Positions 1 through 9,104 of a stretch of 64,000 bases of DNA are shown piece by piece. Made by a program: the position numbers and the translations under genes. Source of the DNA: an uncultured Eubacteriales bacterium (GTDB lineage: Bacteria > Acidobacteriota > Aminicenantia > Aminicenantales > Aminicenantaceae); the NCBI GenBank assembly GCA_964505785.1, contig CAZDJZ010000007.1, forward strand, positions 35,629 through 99,628. Reading direction: 5' to 3'. Numbering within the stretch: the first letter of the stretch is position 1; the number at the start of each line of letters is the position of its first letter. The notes under the pieces were generated by a model. It searched no databases. It was not told where the DNA came from and saw only the letters and a program-made list of their open reading frames with translations.

Positions 1-11
1 CGCTGAGCAAT

Positions 12-632
12 ATGTACTTTTATCTTCCTGACGTTTTGCCGTCTTTTTTAAAAATCAACAACCTGGGCTGGTGGCCCAATTATATCTGGCTAACAGGAAT
101 TCTGGCCTTGGCTGCTGCCTATGCGGTCAAAAAGGATATCAGGCTTAATATTGGCTTCCCGGCCGTCACCGGAGGCGTTTTAACCCTGACTTTCCTGGCT
201 TCTTTTTGGCTGAGCTTTTACCCCCGCCAGGTGCTGCTGTCGCCGGCGCGCGCGGATTTCGGCGGGGCATACCGGGCCGGCATTTACGGTATCAGCCGCG
301 ACGCTAAGATGAAAAACCCGGGAGAAATCCGTTTAAGCCGCGCCCCGTATACATACCGCTTTTTTATCACCTCTTGGCGGCCTTTCACACATATCCGGTT
401 CCGTTTCGGTTCGGAAGAGGGATATTACCGGGTCAAGATAAAATACTTTGACGAAATCTTATTCTCCGGCGAAGTCCGTCATGAAGTGAAGGACCTGATC
501 TTCACCCCGGAGGAGGCATACCGGTTAAAAAACACCAATATGTATCAGATCACGGTTGAGCTCGATCACCTGGGCGGCAAAACTCCGCCGGAAGCCCCGT
601 TTGTTTTCAATTTTCATCCGGAACAAGATTAG
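12..632 (+). CDS. hypothetical membrane protein (N-terminal TM helices plus soluble C-terminal domain); possibly 5'-truncated by the window edge
   Basis: Long ORF with hydrophobic stretches WWPNYIWLTGILALAAAYAV and VTGGVLTLTFLASFWLSF. There is no in-frame stop between nt 3 and the ATG at 12. No family motif recognised. Confidence 0.5.
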   Translation: MYFYLPDVLPSFLKINNLGWWPNYIWLTGILALAAAYAVKKDIRLNIGFPAVTGGVLTLTFLASFWLSFYPRQVLLSPARADFGGAYRAGIYGISRDAKMKNPGEIRLSRAPYTYRFFITSWRPFTHIRFRFGSEEGYYRVKIKYFDEILFSGEVRHEVKDLIFTPEEAYRLKNTNMYQITVELDHLGGKTPPEAPFVFNFHPEQD

Positions 633-882
633 CCTGCCATATTCATAAAAAAATTGCGGTGTTTTTATAATTTTTCCTTTCTAGCGATATTCATGGTTTC
701 TATTAATATTCACCACAAACGTTTATTCTTTTCCCAACTTTCATTTTAACCGCAATTTTTTTACCCTTCGGGCGGGCCGAATCTCACCACATCTGCTTCG
801 TTACTCCTCCTCGGCATGAAGGACCACGCCTTCGTCGGAGTGCCTCGCATCTGCGGCAATATCGGCCCGTGAATAAGGCAGG
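633..882. repeat. A-type interspersed element (MITE-like, non-coding), full copy
   Basis: Terminal inverted repeats cctgccatattca (633-645) and tgaataaggcagg (870-882). Internal stem aaaaaaattgcgg (647-659) pairs with ccgcaattttttt (750-762) around an AT-rich loop. Colinear with the copies at 2133, 14079 and 33445. Starts immediately after the TAG stop at 630-632. Confidence 0.75.
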
Positions 883-891
883 CTCTTACAT

Positions 892-1120
892 GTGTCATCC
901 CGGGTGCCCGCTCGGCCTCCATATGGGATGGCGGAGACATAATCCGTATCCATTGCAACTGTTCACTTTAAGACTTTCATCGGACAAGGTTTCAAATAAA
1001 TAGGACTGAACAGACCGAATAGACCGAATAGACATAGATGGACTTAGATGGACTAGATAAACGCGAGCGAGCTTGCCGAAGCCGTCTAAGATTCCCGTCG
1101 CTTCGCTCCGGGGATGACAC
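892..1120. repeat. B-type interspersed mosaic element
   Basis: Bounded by gtgtcatcccgg (892-903) and its inverse ccggggatgacac (1108-1120). The interior carries the word modules gaacagaccgaatagaccgaatagac, agatggacttagatggactagat and aacgcgagcgagc, then ccgtctaagattcccgtcgcttcgctcc. These are shared with the elements at 39936, 51992 and 53753. Confidence 0.65.
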
Positions 1121-1127
1121 TTGGATC

Positions 1128-2129
1128 TCAGCTTCTGGCATAGGCGTTCAAGCGCAGATCCAATTCTCCGGTTTCGCCCTGGCGGATTTTTTGCAGGGCC
1201 AGGCCGGCCGCCATGGCGGCGTTATCCGTGCAGAAAGCGGGAGATGGCAGGAATGCCTGTATGCCTGAACGTTTGCCCAGTTCTTTGAATTGACGGCGCA
1301 GGCGCGAATTGCGCGCCACTCCTCCGGAAAGAATCAGGGAGCGAGCCTCCGTATCAGCCAGGGCCCGTTCGATATTATTGAGCAGCGACGTGACCACTGC
1401 CTGCTCGAATGAAGCCAAAAAATCCCTTAGCTGCGGATGGTCCGCATACAGCTTGTGCCGGCGGATGTGACGTAAGGCTGCGGTTTTGAATCCGCTGAAG
1501 CTGTAATCTAAACTGCCGTCCGACATTTTCGGCTGACTAAAAGCAAAGCTTTCCGGATCACCGTCTTTGGCCAGACGCTCAATCACCGGGCCTCCGGGAT
1601 ATCCCAGGTCTAAAAATTTTGAAATTTTATCCAGAGCCTCACCGGCGGCATCGTCCCGAGTGCGGCCCAAAATCTGATACCGCAGCTTTTTCTCCAAGAC
1701 CATAAGCGAGGTGTGGCCGCCTGAGACGAGCAAAGCCAGGGCTGGAAAGGGAACGTCCGGCTCTTCCAGGAACACGGAATGGACATGTGCTTCCAGGTGG
1801 TCGATGGGAATAAGCGGCTTTTTTTGTGCATAAGCCAGGCCCTTAGCGAATGACAGGCCAACCAGCAGCGATCCGATCAGTCCCGGCCCCTGGGTGACGG
1901 CAAATACGTCTATATCCCCCAGGGTCAGCCCGGCGCGGTGCAGGCTTTCATCCACGATATAGGTGATGGATAAAATATGCTGGCGTGAGGCCAGCTCCGG
2001 GACAATGCCGCCATAAGGCGTGTGGATTTCGTCCTGGGACAGCACAATATTGCTGAGAACCTCTCCATCTCCGGTCACAACCGCCGCCGCGGTTTCGTCA
2101 CATGATGTCTCAATCCCTAAAATATTCAT
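1128..2129 (-). CDS. tsaD: tRNA N6-adenosine threonylcarbamoyltransferase TsaD (Kae1/Gcp family)
   Basis: N-terminus MNILGIETSCDETAAAVV, HLEAHV and SGGHTSL motifs, SGGVARN near the C-terminus; length 333 aa is typical. Confidence 0.95.
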   Translation of the reverse strand: MNILGIETSCDETAAAVVTGDGEVLSNIVLSQDEIHTPYGGIVPELASRQHILSITYIVDESLHRAGLTLGDIDVFAVTQGPGLIGSLLVGLSFAKGLAYAQKKPLIPIDHLEAHVHSVFLEEPDVPFPALALLVSGGHTSLMVLEKKLRYQILGRTRDDAAGEALDKISKFLDLGYPGGPVIERLAKDGDPESFAFSQPKMSDGSLDYSFSGFKTAALRHIRRHKLYADHPQLRDFLASFEQAVVTSLLNNIERALADTEARSLILSGGVARNSRLRRQFKELGKRSGIQAFLPSPAFCTDNAAMAAGLALQKIRQGETGELDLRLNAYARS

Positions 2130-2132
2130 TTT

Positions 2133-2387
2133 CCTGAATCATTCATGAAAAAATTGGCGCTGCCATTTTTTCTTTTCCTTGTGACTATATTCATTGTTAA
2201 TTTAAAAACATAAATCACTACGTTCACGTTTCCTTTTTTGATCTAATTTTAATCGCCAATTTTTTCACCCTTCGGGCGGGCCGAATATCACCGCATCTTC
2301 CGGCTTGCGGCTCGTCGCAGTGAAGGGCCACGGCTTCCTCACCGCAATCCAAAATCTGCGTCAATCTCGGCCCGTGAATGATCCAGG
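2133..2387. repeat. A-type interspersed element, full copy
   Basis: Termini cctgaatcattca (2133-2145) and tgaatgatccagg (2375-2387). Internal stem gaaaaaattggcg (2147-2159) pairs with cgccaattttttc (2254-2266). Shares the cacccttcgggcgggccgaat core with the other copies. Begins 4 nt from the tsaD start codon. Confidence 0.75.
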
Positions 2388-2998
2388 ATGAGTATTCACA
2401 AAATTGGCGATGCCGTACCTTATTATACCTGACTTGAGGAATATATGAATTATTCACGCGCCATCATCCGCAAAGCGTTAATCGCAAAACGCCTAAGAAG
2501 TGAATCGTAAACCGTTAATCGTGAATGGACTGGGAATGCGTATACAATTGTTGGATACTCTGTAAAATCAACATTTTTAATTAGATAACTTTTTACTTTT
2601 CACTTTTTACTTTTCACTAGACGATGCATCATAAGATCCTTACGTCGCTTCGCTCCTCAGGACGACAATAAATAAAAAATTGTCGTCGTCTCGGCCCGTG
2701 AATGATCCAGGATGAGTATTCACAAAATTGGCGATGCCGTACCTTATTATACCTGACTTGAGGAATATATGAATTATTCACGCGCCATCATCCGCAAAGC
2801 GTTAATCGCAAAACGCCTAAGAAGTGAATCGTAAACCGTTAATCGTGAATGGACTGGGAATGCGTATACAATTGCTGGATACTCTGTAAAATCAACATTT
2901 TTAATTAGATAACTTTTCACTTTTCACTTTTCACTTTTTACTTTTCACTAGACGAGGCACCATAAGATCCTTACGTCGCTTCGCTCCTCAGGATGACA
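2365..2998. repeat. tandem duplication, two units with about 324-bp period
   Basis: The unit tctcggcccgtgaatgatccagg...cttacgtcgcttcgctcctcaggacgaca at 2365-2667 recurs at 2689-2998. The two units are near-identical. They differ by a few substitutions and by one extra cttttca unit in the second copy. Confidence 0.85.
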
Positions 2999-3101
2999 GC
3001 TCCGCTGTCACTTTTTACTAATTTACTCTTCACTCTTTACTCTTTTCTTAAAAATCATTAAAATAAAGAATAATGTTTATTTACAAAAAAGGATTTTTCT
3101 T

Positions 3102-4892
3102 ATGAAAAAAGATACATTCTCCCGCCGAAATTTTATTAAAAACATCACCGCCGGAGGGGCGGCTTTATCTCTTGCCGGACCTTTCCGTTTGTTGGGACAA
3201 AAGTCCGGGGCGGATGCCATTGAGAAAAGCAACCTCTTTCATATAGACACTATTCCTGCCCAGCCGTTTTTTTCCTCTGAAAACCCGCATTATCATGCCG
3301 GCGTGGAATCGCTGATTCACCTAATGGGGACCAAGGAATTGAAACTATACCGCTCTCCGGATGAATCCCTGCTCTGCGGTCCGGATGGTATGATTGAGCC
3401 CCATGACGTTGTTTTAATCAAAGTCAATGCCCAGTGGAAATACCGCGGTGCCACCAACAGCGACCTTATCCGCGGATTGATCCAAAGAATCCTGGACCAT
3501 CCGGATGGATTCAGCGGAGAGGTGGTGATCGTGGAAAACGGCCAGGGGCGAGGCAGCCTGGCCTGTGATACGTCCACCTATAAAAATTATCCGGATGCCA
3601 AAACCCATGCCAATGCGGTCAATGAAAAACACAGTTTTCTCTATCTTGTAAACTCCATTTTTCAAGACCCTCGAGTGTCAGCTTTTCTCCTGGACCCGGT
3701 ACGGGAAACCTTTATCAGCGATCAGGACCACGTAACCAACGGCTACCGCAGCTTTGAACGGGTTTCCTACCCTTGTTTTACAACCGCCGGCGGCAACCGG
3801 GTGGAACTCAAAGAAGGCCTGTGGACCGGCAGCGGTTATACACAGAATCTCAAGCTGATCAATGTGCCCGTCCTCAAGCATCATGACCAGGGCGGGTCGG
3901 AAATAACCGGCGCTCTTAAGCATTTTTACGGCCTGGTCAGCATGCGCGACGGCCGCGTCCGCTTCCGCCATTATCTGGGGCTGGGATATACCACCGGCAC
4001 CATGATCGCTAAAGTCAGAACCCCGGTCCTGAATATTATGGACGCCATCTGGGTCTCGCATCGAACCCTGGCAGGATATCCAGAGCATACCACCTTTAAC
4101 ACCAATCAGATCACCGCGTCCCAGGACCCGGTGGCCCTGGATTACTGGACAGCCAAACACGTGCTCTATCCCATCGATCACAATGAACGCCACCACCCGG
4201 ATTTCCCTCTCATTGACCGCTGGCTGACAGACGCCCAAACCACCATCAACCAGGCAGGCGGATTGTTCCATCCGGAACACGGCATTATGGTTAAGAATGT
4301 GACGAAGAATGAAGCCCGGATGCAGGTTCACCGGGAGAACACAGAATCTCTTTCCATGTCAGGACAAGTTGTCTTAGGCGAAGACAGCGATATCCCAGGT
4401 CTGGGAGCCGTGGTTCTGTCCGGATTGCCAGGAAACCCTGAAACCAATGCCCAGGGGCATTATTCCGCAGACCTGTCTCCTGGATGGAGCGGGACGGTTA
4501 CCCCCAGAAAACCGGGGTTTTTGTTCAAACCCCAGAACCGCACTTACGACAAACTGCAGTCCGGTCTTTCCGGGCAGAATTACACCGCTTTACGGCGCAT
4601 TTACGCTCCCGCCAATTTTCAAGGTGAAAAAATCATCAACCGGGGACTGTTCCTGCAGGAAACCTTCCATAAACTAACCTGGGAAACCAATCCGGACAAC
4701 AGTCCAGCCCGTATCCGGCACTACCGGATCTACCGGCGAACCGGCGGGGTTTGGCAATTACTGCAGGAAGTGAATGCCGCGGTCACTGAATATATCCACA
4801 AACCGCAAAGCCAGGACATTTCCATGGAATATTCTCTTGCCGCCGTTAATGATTACGGCCGGGAAGGGAAAGCCGCGGTCATCACTCTGTAA
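3102..4892 (+). CDS. Tat-signal exported DUF362-like protein with C-terminal beta-sandwich (CarboxypepD_reg/Fn3-like) extension
   Basis: Twin-arginine leader FSRRNFIKNITAGGAALSLAG. DUF362-like blocks VVLIKVNAQW...VVIVENGQG and VPVLKHHDQGGSEITGALKHFYG. Ends in a roughly 180-aa extra domain. RBS-like aaaggat lies upstream. Confidence 0.6.
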   Translation: MKKDTFSRRNFIKNITAGGAALSLAGPFRLLGQKSGADAIEKSNLFHIDTIPAQPFFSSENPHYHAGVESLIHLMGTKELKLYRSPDESLLCGPDGMIEPHDVVLIKVNAQWKYRGATNSDLIRGLIQRILDHPDGFSGEVVIVENGQGRGSLACDTSTYKNYPDAKTHANAVNEKHSFLYLVNSIFQDPRVSAFLLDPVRETFISDQDHVTNGYRSFERVSYPCFTTAGGNRVELKEGLWTGSGYTQNLKLINVPVLKHHDQGGSEITGALKHFYGLVSMRDGRVRFRHYLGLGYTTGTMIAKVRTPVLNIMDAIWVSHRTLAGYPEHTTFNTNQITASQDPVALDYWTAKHVLYPIDHNERHHPDFPLIDRWLTDAQTTINQAGGLFHPEHGIMVKNVTKNEARMQVHRENTESLSMSGQVVLGEDSDIPGLGAVVLSGLPGNPETNAQGHYSADLSPGWSGTVTPRKPGFLFKPQNRTYDKLQSGLSGQNYTALRRIYAPANFQGEKIINRGLFLQETFHKLTWETNPDNSPARIRHYRIYRRTGGVWQLLQEVNAAVTEYIHKPQSQDISMEYSLAAVNDYGREGKAAVITL

Positions 4893-5562
4893 TATATTTT
4901 TCAATCACGGATTTCCAGATCAAATAGCCGGGGCCGGTCAGGTGCAAGCCGTCATTGGTGTATTCCGGCTTCAGTTTCCCATCATCATCACTAAAAAATG
5001 AGTATAGGTCAATATTCACCAGCCCATAGGTTTGCGCCATTTTTTCCAAGCGGGCATTGACTTTGAGCACATCATCCGCCCGCGAGGTGTGGTCCGGAAA
5101 GTAAGGATAATCTCCGTTTACCGGCAGCAGACTTTGGAGATAAAGCTCTGTCTTTGGAGAGGCGTTTTTCACTTTCTTAACAATGGTTTGGATATTGTCC
5201 ACGATTTCCGTGACGGATTTGCCGCGGGCCAGGTCGTTGATACCGATCATCAGAAATATTTTATCCGGATTGGAACGAGTCACCTCTTCCAGCCGGAAAA
5301 TCACACCGGCAGTCACATCCCCACTGATACCGCGGTTGATTATCCTTGAATTTCCGAACAGCTCCGCCCAGGCCCCGCCGTCGGTTATGCTGTCGCCTAA
5401 AAAAACAATTTCATGGGACGAATCCGGCAGCTTCTCGAACAGGCTTTTTTTCTGATGGTAATAAAGGGAAAAATCATCCTCTCCGGCACATACCGAAAAA
5501 CTAAATCCGAGCATTATAAGAACGAGTGCAGCCAAGACTGCTTTTGTTGGATTATATCTCAT
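4882..5562 (-). CDS. SGNH/GDSL-family hydrolase (secreted or lipoprotein)
   Basis: All four SGNH blocks are present: [22 protein letters not shown] and [11 protein letters not shown]-terminal signal with Cys (FSFSVCAG). ATGA overlap with the mtnA stop. Confidence 0.85.
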   Translation of the reverse strand: MRYNPTKAVLAALVLIMLGFSFSVCAGEDDFSLYYHQKKSLFEKLPDSSHEIVFLGDSITDGGAWAELFGNSRIINRGISGDVTAGVIFRLEEVTRSNPDKIFLMIGINDLARGKSVTEIVDNIQTIVKKVKNASPKTELYLQSLLPVNGDYPYFPDHTSRADDVLKVNARLEKMAQTYGLVNIDLYSFFSDDDGKLKPEYTNDGLHLTGPGYLIWKSVIEKYITE

Positions 5563-6596
5563 GCCTTCCCCTCCTTGCGCAAATGCGCCAGACTGTCCCG
5601 GTACGGCGGACGCACAATGCCGAATTCGGTGATAATGCCTGTAATGTATTCTGCCGGCGTGACATCAAAAGCCGGATTTCGGACAGAAATACCCGGAGGT
5701 GCAATAAGCTGCCCACCGGCGGTCAGGACTTCTTGAGGATCTCTTTCTTCGATCGGAATGTCACGGCCGTCGTCCAAATTGAAATCAATCGTGCTTAAGG
5801 GGGCAGCTATATAAAACGGCAGGCCGTTCTCACGCGCCAGTACCGACAGGGAATATGTGCCGATTTTATTGGCGGTATCTCCATTGGCCGCTATCCGGTC
5901 GGCTCCGGTCACAATCACATCCACCTCTCCTTTATGCATGAGATAACCCGCCATATTATCGGTGATCAAATAAACCGGAATGTTATCCTGCTTCAGCTCC
6001 CAGCAGGTGAGCCGGGCGCCTTGCAGAAAAGGACGGGTTTCATCCGCATAGACTTTGATATTTCCTAAGGCTTCATGCGCAGCCCGAATAACTCCCAAAG
6101 CAGTGCCGTAACCGGCGGTAGCCAAAGCTCCGGCATTGCAGTGAGTCAGGATTGTCTGACCGGATGTGATCACTTCCCGGCCGTGCTCTCCGATACGCCG
6201 GCAGGTTGCCTCATCTTCCCGGTCCAGCTTTTCCGCTTCTTGTAAAAATATATCCCGGATCCGGCCCGGGTCCTCTTGCTTATGCTTATCGTAAAGCGCC
6301 CGCATCCACTCGAGAGCCCAAAAGAGATTGCGGGCTGTAGGCCGGGTCCTCTCCAGCCGCCGGTAAGCGGCATTGAATTCATCCAGAGAAGCCTTGTCCT
6401 TCATATTGCGCACAGCCAAAGCCATCCCGTAAGCGGCGGCGACGCCAATGGCAGGCGCTCCGCGTATGACCATGGTTTCAATCGCCTCAGCCACCTCTTC
6501 ATAATGGCGGCACTTGACATAAACTTCCTCCAATGGCAGGCGCCGCTGGTCAATCATGATCACTTGTTCGTCTTTCCATTCGATTGTCGGCTTCAT
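5559..6596 (-). CDS. mtnA: S-methyl-5-thioribose-1-phosphate isomerase
   Basis: [41 protein letters not shown] and [18 protein letters not shown] are typical MtnA/eIF-2B-family motifs. Confidence 0.9.
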   Translation of the reverse strand: MKPTIEWKDEQVIMIDQRRLPLEEVYVKCRHYEEVAEAIETMVIRGAPAIGVAAAYGMALAVRNMKDKASLDEFNAAYRRLERTRPTARNLFWALEWMRALYDKHKQEDPGRIRDIFLQEAEKLDREDEATCRRIGEHGREVITSGQTILTHCNAGALATAGYGTALGVIRAAHEALGNIKVYADETRPFLQGARLTCWELKQDNIPVYLITDNMAGYLMHKGEVDVIVTGADRIAANGDTANKIGTYSLSVLARENGLPFYIAAPLSTIDFNLDDGRDIPIEERDPQEVLTAGGQLIAPPGISVRNPAFDVTPAEYITGIITEFGIVRPPYRDSLAHLRKEGKA

Positions 6597-6600
6597 ACGT

Positions 6601-7464
6601 TCACCTCATTGTCCAGTCCGGCTTTTCCGGCCCGGGCCATCCCCATTTTTGTATCCATAGCGTATACATTTCCTGAAAACGGATCCATGCGTCCGGCTCC
6701 AAACTCCGTTTTAATTCACGGTAGCAGAAAATGATCTGATTGTCATTATCCCTAAGAATTTTCATCCCCGGCAGCCCCAGCTCCCGCGCCATCACCGCCT
6801 CTTCCAGGCTGTCCCGGAAGAAACCAAGATGGCCCAGCACCTGGGATTTCACATAATGATAATATCCGCAGGCCAGATCGGTTTCAGTCAACCGGTCGAT
6901 TTTTTTTAACAAGTTTTCAAGTTGCCGGCGGCGTTCTTTTTCCGGTAAAGTCCGGGCATCCCGCAGGACATGGTCTGCATATTTCTGTGCGGCCAACCTG
7001 CGGATTTCATCGATCCGGGAACGGTCCAGCAAATAAGTATAGATTCGAAAGGCTGACTGTTCCAAACCCAGGTTTTGAAAGGAAGAAGCCAGGCCGAATA
7101 AGGCCAGCTCCCGGGCCCATTTTTCCCCATCTTCAAATCCCATAACAAAAGCGGCTGCGAAACTCTCCTGGGCTTCCTGCCAGAGCCGCAGTTTCATTTG
7201 AGACATCCCCTTGACCATATAGGCCTGGGCCGAGGGGCGGGCACCGGCTTCTTTTTCGGCGGCTTGCAGGGACCGTTTGTAGGCAGCCGCTGCCTGGTGC
7301 GTCCGGTAATCCGCAGCCAGCCGCTCAGCCTCCAGGTAGAACGATTTGGCGGTCTTGAGGTGAGACACACAGCCTGCAGCCGTCAAAACAGCAAGGCACA
7401 AAGCCGCGGGCTGCATCCAGCCGCAAAAGGAATTATTGATTTTGTTTCTTGACATGATTTTCAA
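6601..7464 (-). CDS. hypothetical TPR-like lipoprotein
   Basis: Lipobox LTAAGC near the N-terminus, helical repeat-like sequence. The start may be the internal Met at 7455 or 7416, either of which reduces or removes the overlap with the upstream gene. Confidence 0.6.
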   Translation of the reverse strand: MKIMSRNKINNSFCGWMQPAALCLAVLTAAGCVSHLKTAKSFYLEAERLAADYRTHQAAAAYKRSLQAAEKEAGARPSAQAYMVKGMSQMKLRLWQEAQESFAAAFVMGFEDGEKWARELALFGLASSFQNLGLEQSAFRIYTYLLDRSRIDEIRRLAAQKYADHVLRDARTLPEKERRRQLENLLKKIDRLTETDLACGYYHYVKSQVLGHLGFFRDSLEEAVMARELGLPGMKILRDNDNQIIFCYRELKRSLEPDAWIRFQEMYTLWIQKWGWPGPEKPDWTMR

Positions 7465-8023
7465 TGATTTGCACTATACTTTTCTGGACTTCTGTTTCCG
7501 TCAAAACCTCTGACCCTAAAGATGCGGCATGCCGGTAAAGGCCTTCCATTGCCTGAAGCAGGCCGGGATGTCCTTGCAGAGCCCGTATCTCCTCCAAAGC
7601 GGATCGCGTCCGGTCTTTATATCCCGCCAGCAATCCGCGGTAATTGCTTGACTCCAGTTCATCTTCAAATAAAGCCTTGAGAAAAGGGTCTTCCAGGCCT
7701 ATGACCGGATATAATTTATCAAAATATTCTCTCAACCGGGGCAGGTTGCCTGCCTCCAGCTCCGGTTTAAACTCCGACGCCAGCTTCGGCCGGCAGCGAA
7801 AAAAATCGAGGATAAATTCATCCGGCTTTTCCCAAATAACAGCAGGAACCGGCCAAATCTCATATTCGAATATGCGTTCTTTCCAATCCCGGACCCGGTT
7901 GATTCCCCAGAAAAAAACAGCTGATACCAAGGGGAGATAAAGATGTGTTTTTTCAGGAATCAAATCATCCAAAAGCTTAATGACTTGATTCACCTCTTTT
8001 TTTAAGTCATTCCAGTCAGTCAT
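7433..8023 (-). CDS. hypothetical protein
   Basis: 196-aa ORF, first gene of a same-strand run ending at the SGNH hydrolase. No recognisable motif. Confidence 0.5.
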   Translation of the reverse strand: MTDWNDLKKEVNQVIKLLDDLIPEKTHLYLPLVSAVFFWGINRVRDWKERIFEYEIWPVPAVIWEKPDEFILDFFRCRPKLASEFKPELEAGNLPRLREYFDKLYPVIGLEDPFLKALFEDELESSNYRGLLAGYKDRTRSALEEIRALQGHPGLLQAMEGLYRHAASLGSEVLTETEVQKSIVQIIENHVKKQNQ

Positions 8024-8162
8024 TTAAGTCCGGCCTATTCATAATAAGGATTGTGCTCAATTAAAAAATATACAAAATTTGTCCAAAAAAATCACAAAAT
8101 ATTCACATTTATGTAACATTTTATAGTATATTTTTTATTATGCTGACGATAAGGGAGACGCT

Positions 8163-9104
8163 ATGAAGAAAACCATGAAGATAATCTATCCTTGGACCGG
8201 GCTGATTTTAGTGGTGGCTGCGTTAGTATCCTTGAACTCCGGCTGCGCCAGTTTCGCGGGACATCAGCTGCCTGAGGTGACCTCATCCCAATACCCTGAA
8301 GTCCGCACGAAACCTTCCGTTTATCTGGACATCATGTTTATAACTGATATCAATCAGCCGGTGGAAAATACGGAAAGCACCGTCCAGCTTAAGGAGCTTG
8401 TCAATCAACTGACAGCTGAATCCGGATTATTCAGCGATTACACGACAGATGAATCCCATGCGGATGAAATGGAATATCACATTCAGCTGGATGTGGTTAA
8501 TTTCGGCAATCAAACGGCCGCTATGCTGGCTGGAATCATTTCGGGTGTGACCTTAGGCCTCATTCCCACCTGGATCAAGGATCACTACCGCCTGGAAACA
8601 GCAGTCGTGGATGAGCGGGGCAACGAACTGAGGCTGTATACCTATGAAGACCATGTCACGACCTGGTTCCATCTTATATTTATTCCCATGACAAAATCAG
8701 CCGGAAAGGTCCCCTGGAACGTTATTGCCAACATGATCAGAAATTTTTATTTCGACCTGGCTGGAGAACCGTTTTTCACCGAACCCTCCCGCACCGGCTC
8801 CTTCAGCGCTGCGCAAACTCAATTAGAACCAACCGAACCCAGGAAAATTCCCTTAAGCGGTGATATTGAGATTGAGGTTACAGCTGATAACGCGGTCCTG
8901 CACTTGGATCCGGATGAACAGAGCGCTGAAATCACAACTGTTTCAGCCGGGACTGTCCTGAAGGGGATAGAAATCGCCGGGAATTGGTACCGGGTGGCCT
9001 TGCCCCCGGATGAGGACGGTTATATAGTCGAAGGATATATACACAGGAGCCGGGCAAAAAAGAAAATCCCTAGGCCCTCCTCAGCGAATGTCCAGCAGGG
9101 CTAA
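8163..9104 (+). CDS. hypothetical lipoprotein with C-terminal SH3b-like segment
   Basis: Signal plus lipobox LNSGC. C-terminal [22 protein letters not shown] resembles a bacterial SH3 domain. RBS gggagacgctATG. Confidence 0.6.
   Translation: MKKTMKIIYPWTGLILVVAALVSLNSGCASFAGHQLPEVTSSQYPEVRTKPSVYLDIMFITDINQPVENTESTVQLKELVNQLTAESGLFSDYTTDESHADEMEYHIQLDVVNFGNQTAAMLAGIISGVTLGLIPTWIKDHYRLETAVVDERGNELRLYTYEDHVTTWFHLIFIPMTKSAGKVPWNVIANMIRNFYFDLAGEPFFTEPSRTGSFSAAQTQLEPTEPRKIPLSGDIEIEVTADNAVLHLDPDEQSAEITTVSAGTVLKGIEIAGNWYRVALPPDEDGYIVEGYIHRSRAKKKIPRPSSANVQQG

Noticed and set aside
633-882. A-type elements as cis-regulatory leaders or riboswitches of the adjacent genes
   Set aside because: Copies occur in both orientations relative to flanking genes, at both 5' and 3' ends, and next to functionally unrelated genes. 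A dispersed-repeat explanation fits better than a gene-specific riboswitch.
761-958. Short ORFs inside the repeat elements (761-958, 2224-2457, 14016-14240, 33441-33626, 40082-40312, 53755-54036) that share peptide fragments such as IHGP.L or PCHSRS.ATGIL
   Set aside because: The shared peptides only reflect the shared DNA repeat. Frames, starts and stops are not conserved between copies, and indels break the frames. The elements are treated as non-coding.
2589-2948. Possible CRISPR array suggested by the regularly repeated short units
   Set aside because: The units are 7-9 nt micro-tandem words with no unique spacers, and the 324-bp periodicity is a plain tandem duplication. No 25-40-nt repeat/spacer alternation and no cas genes are present.
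3678-4331. Long antisense or alternative-frame ORFs inside clear genes (for example 3678-4331, 14701-15183, 21930-22412, 24815-25288, 42570-43007, 43495-44016, 55009-55551, 59557-60006)
   Set aside because: Each lies wholly within a longer ORF that has strong family motifs on the other strand or frame. Their translations are low-complexity or Arg/Ser/Pro-rich with no motifs, which is typical of shadow ORFs.
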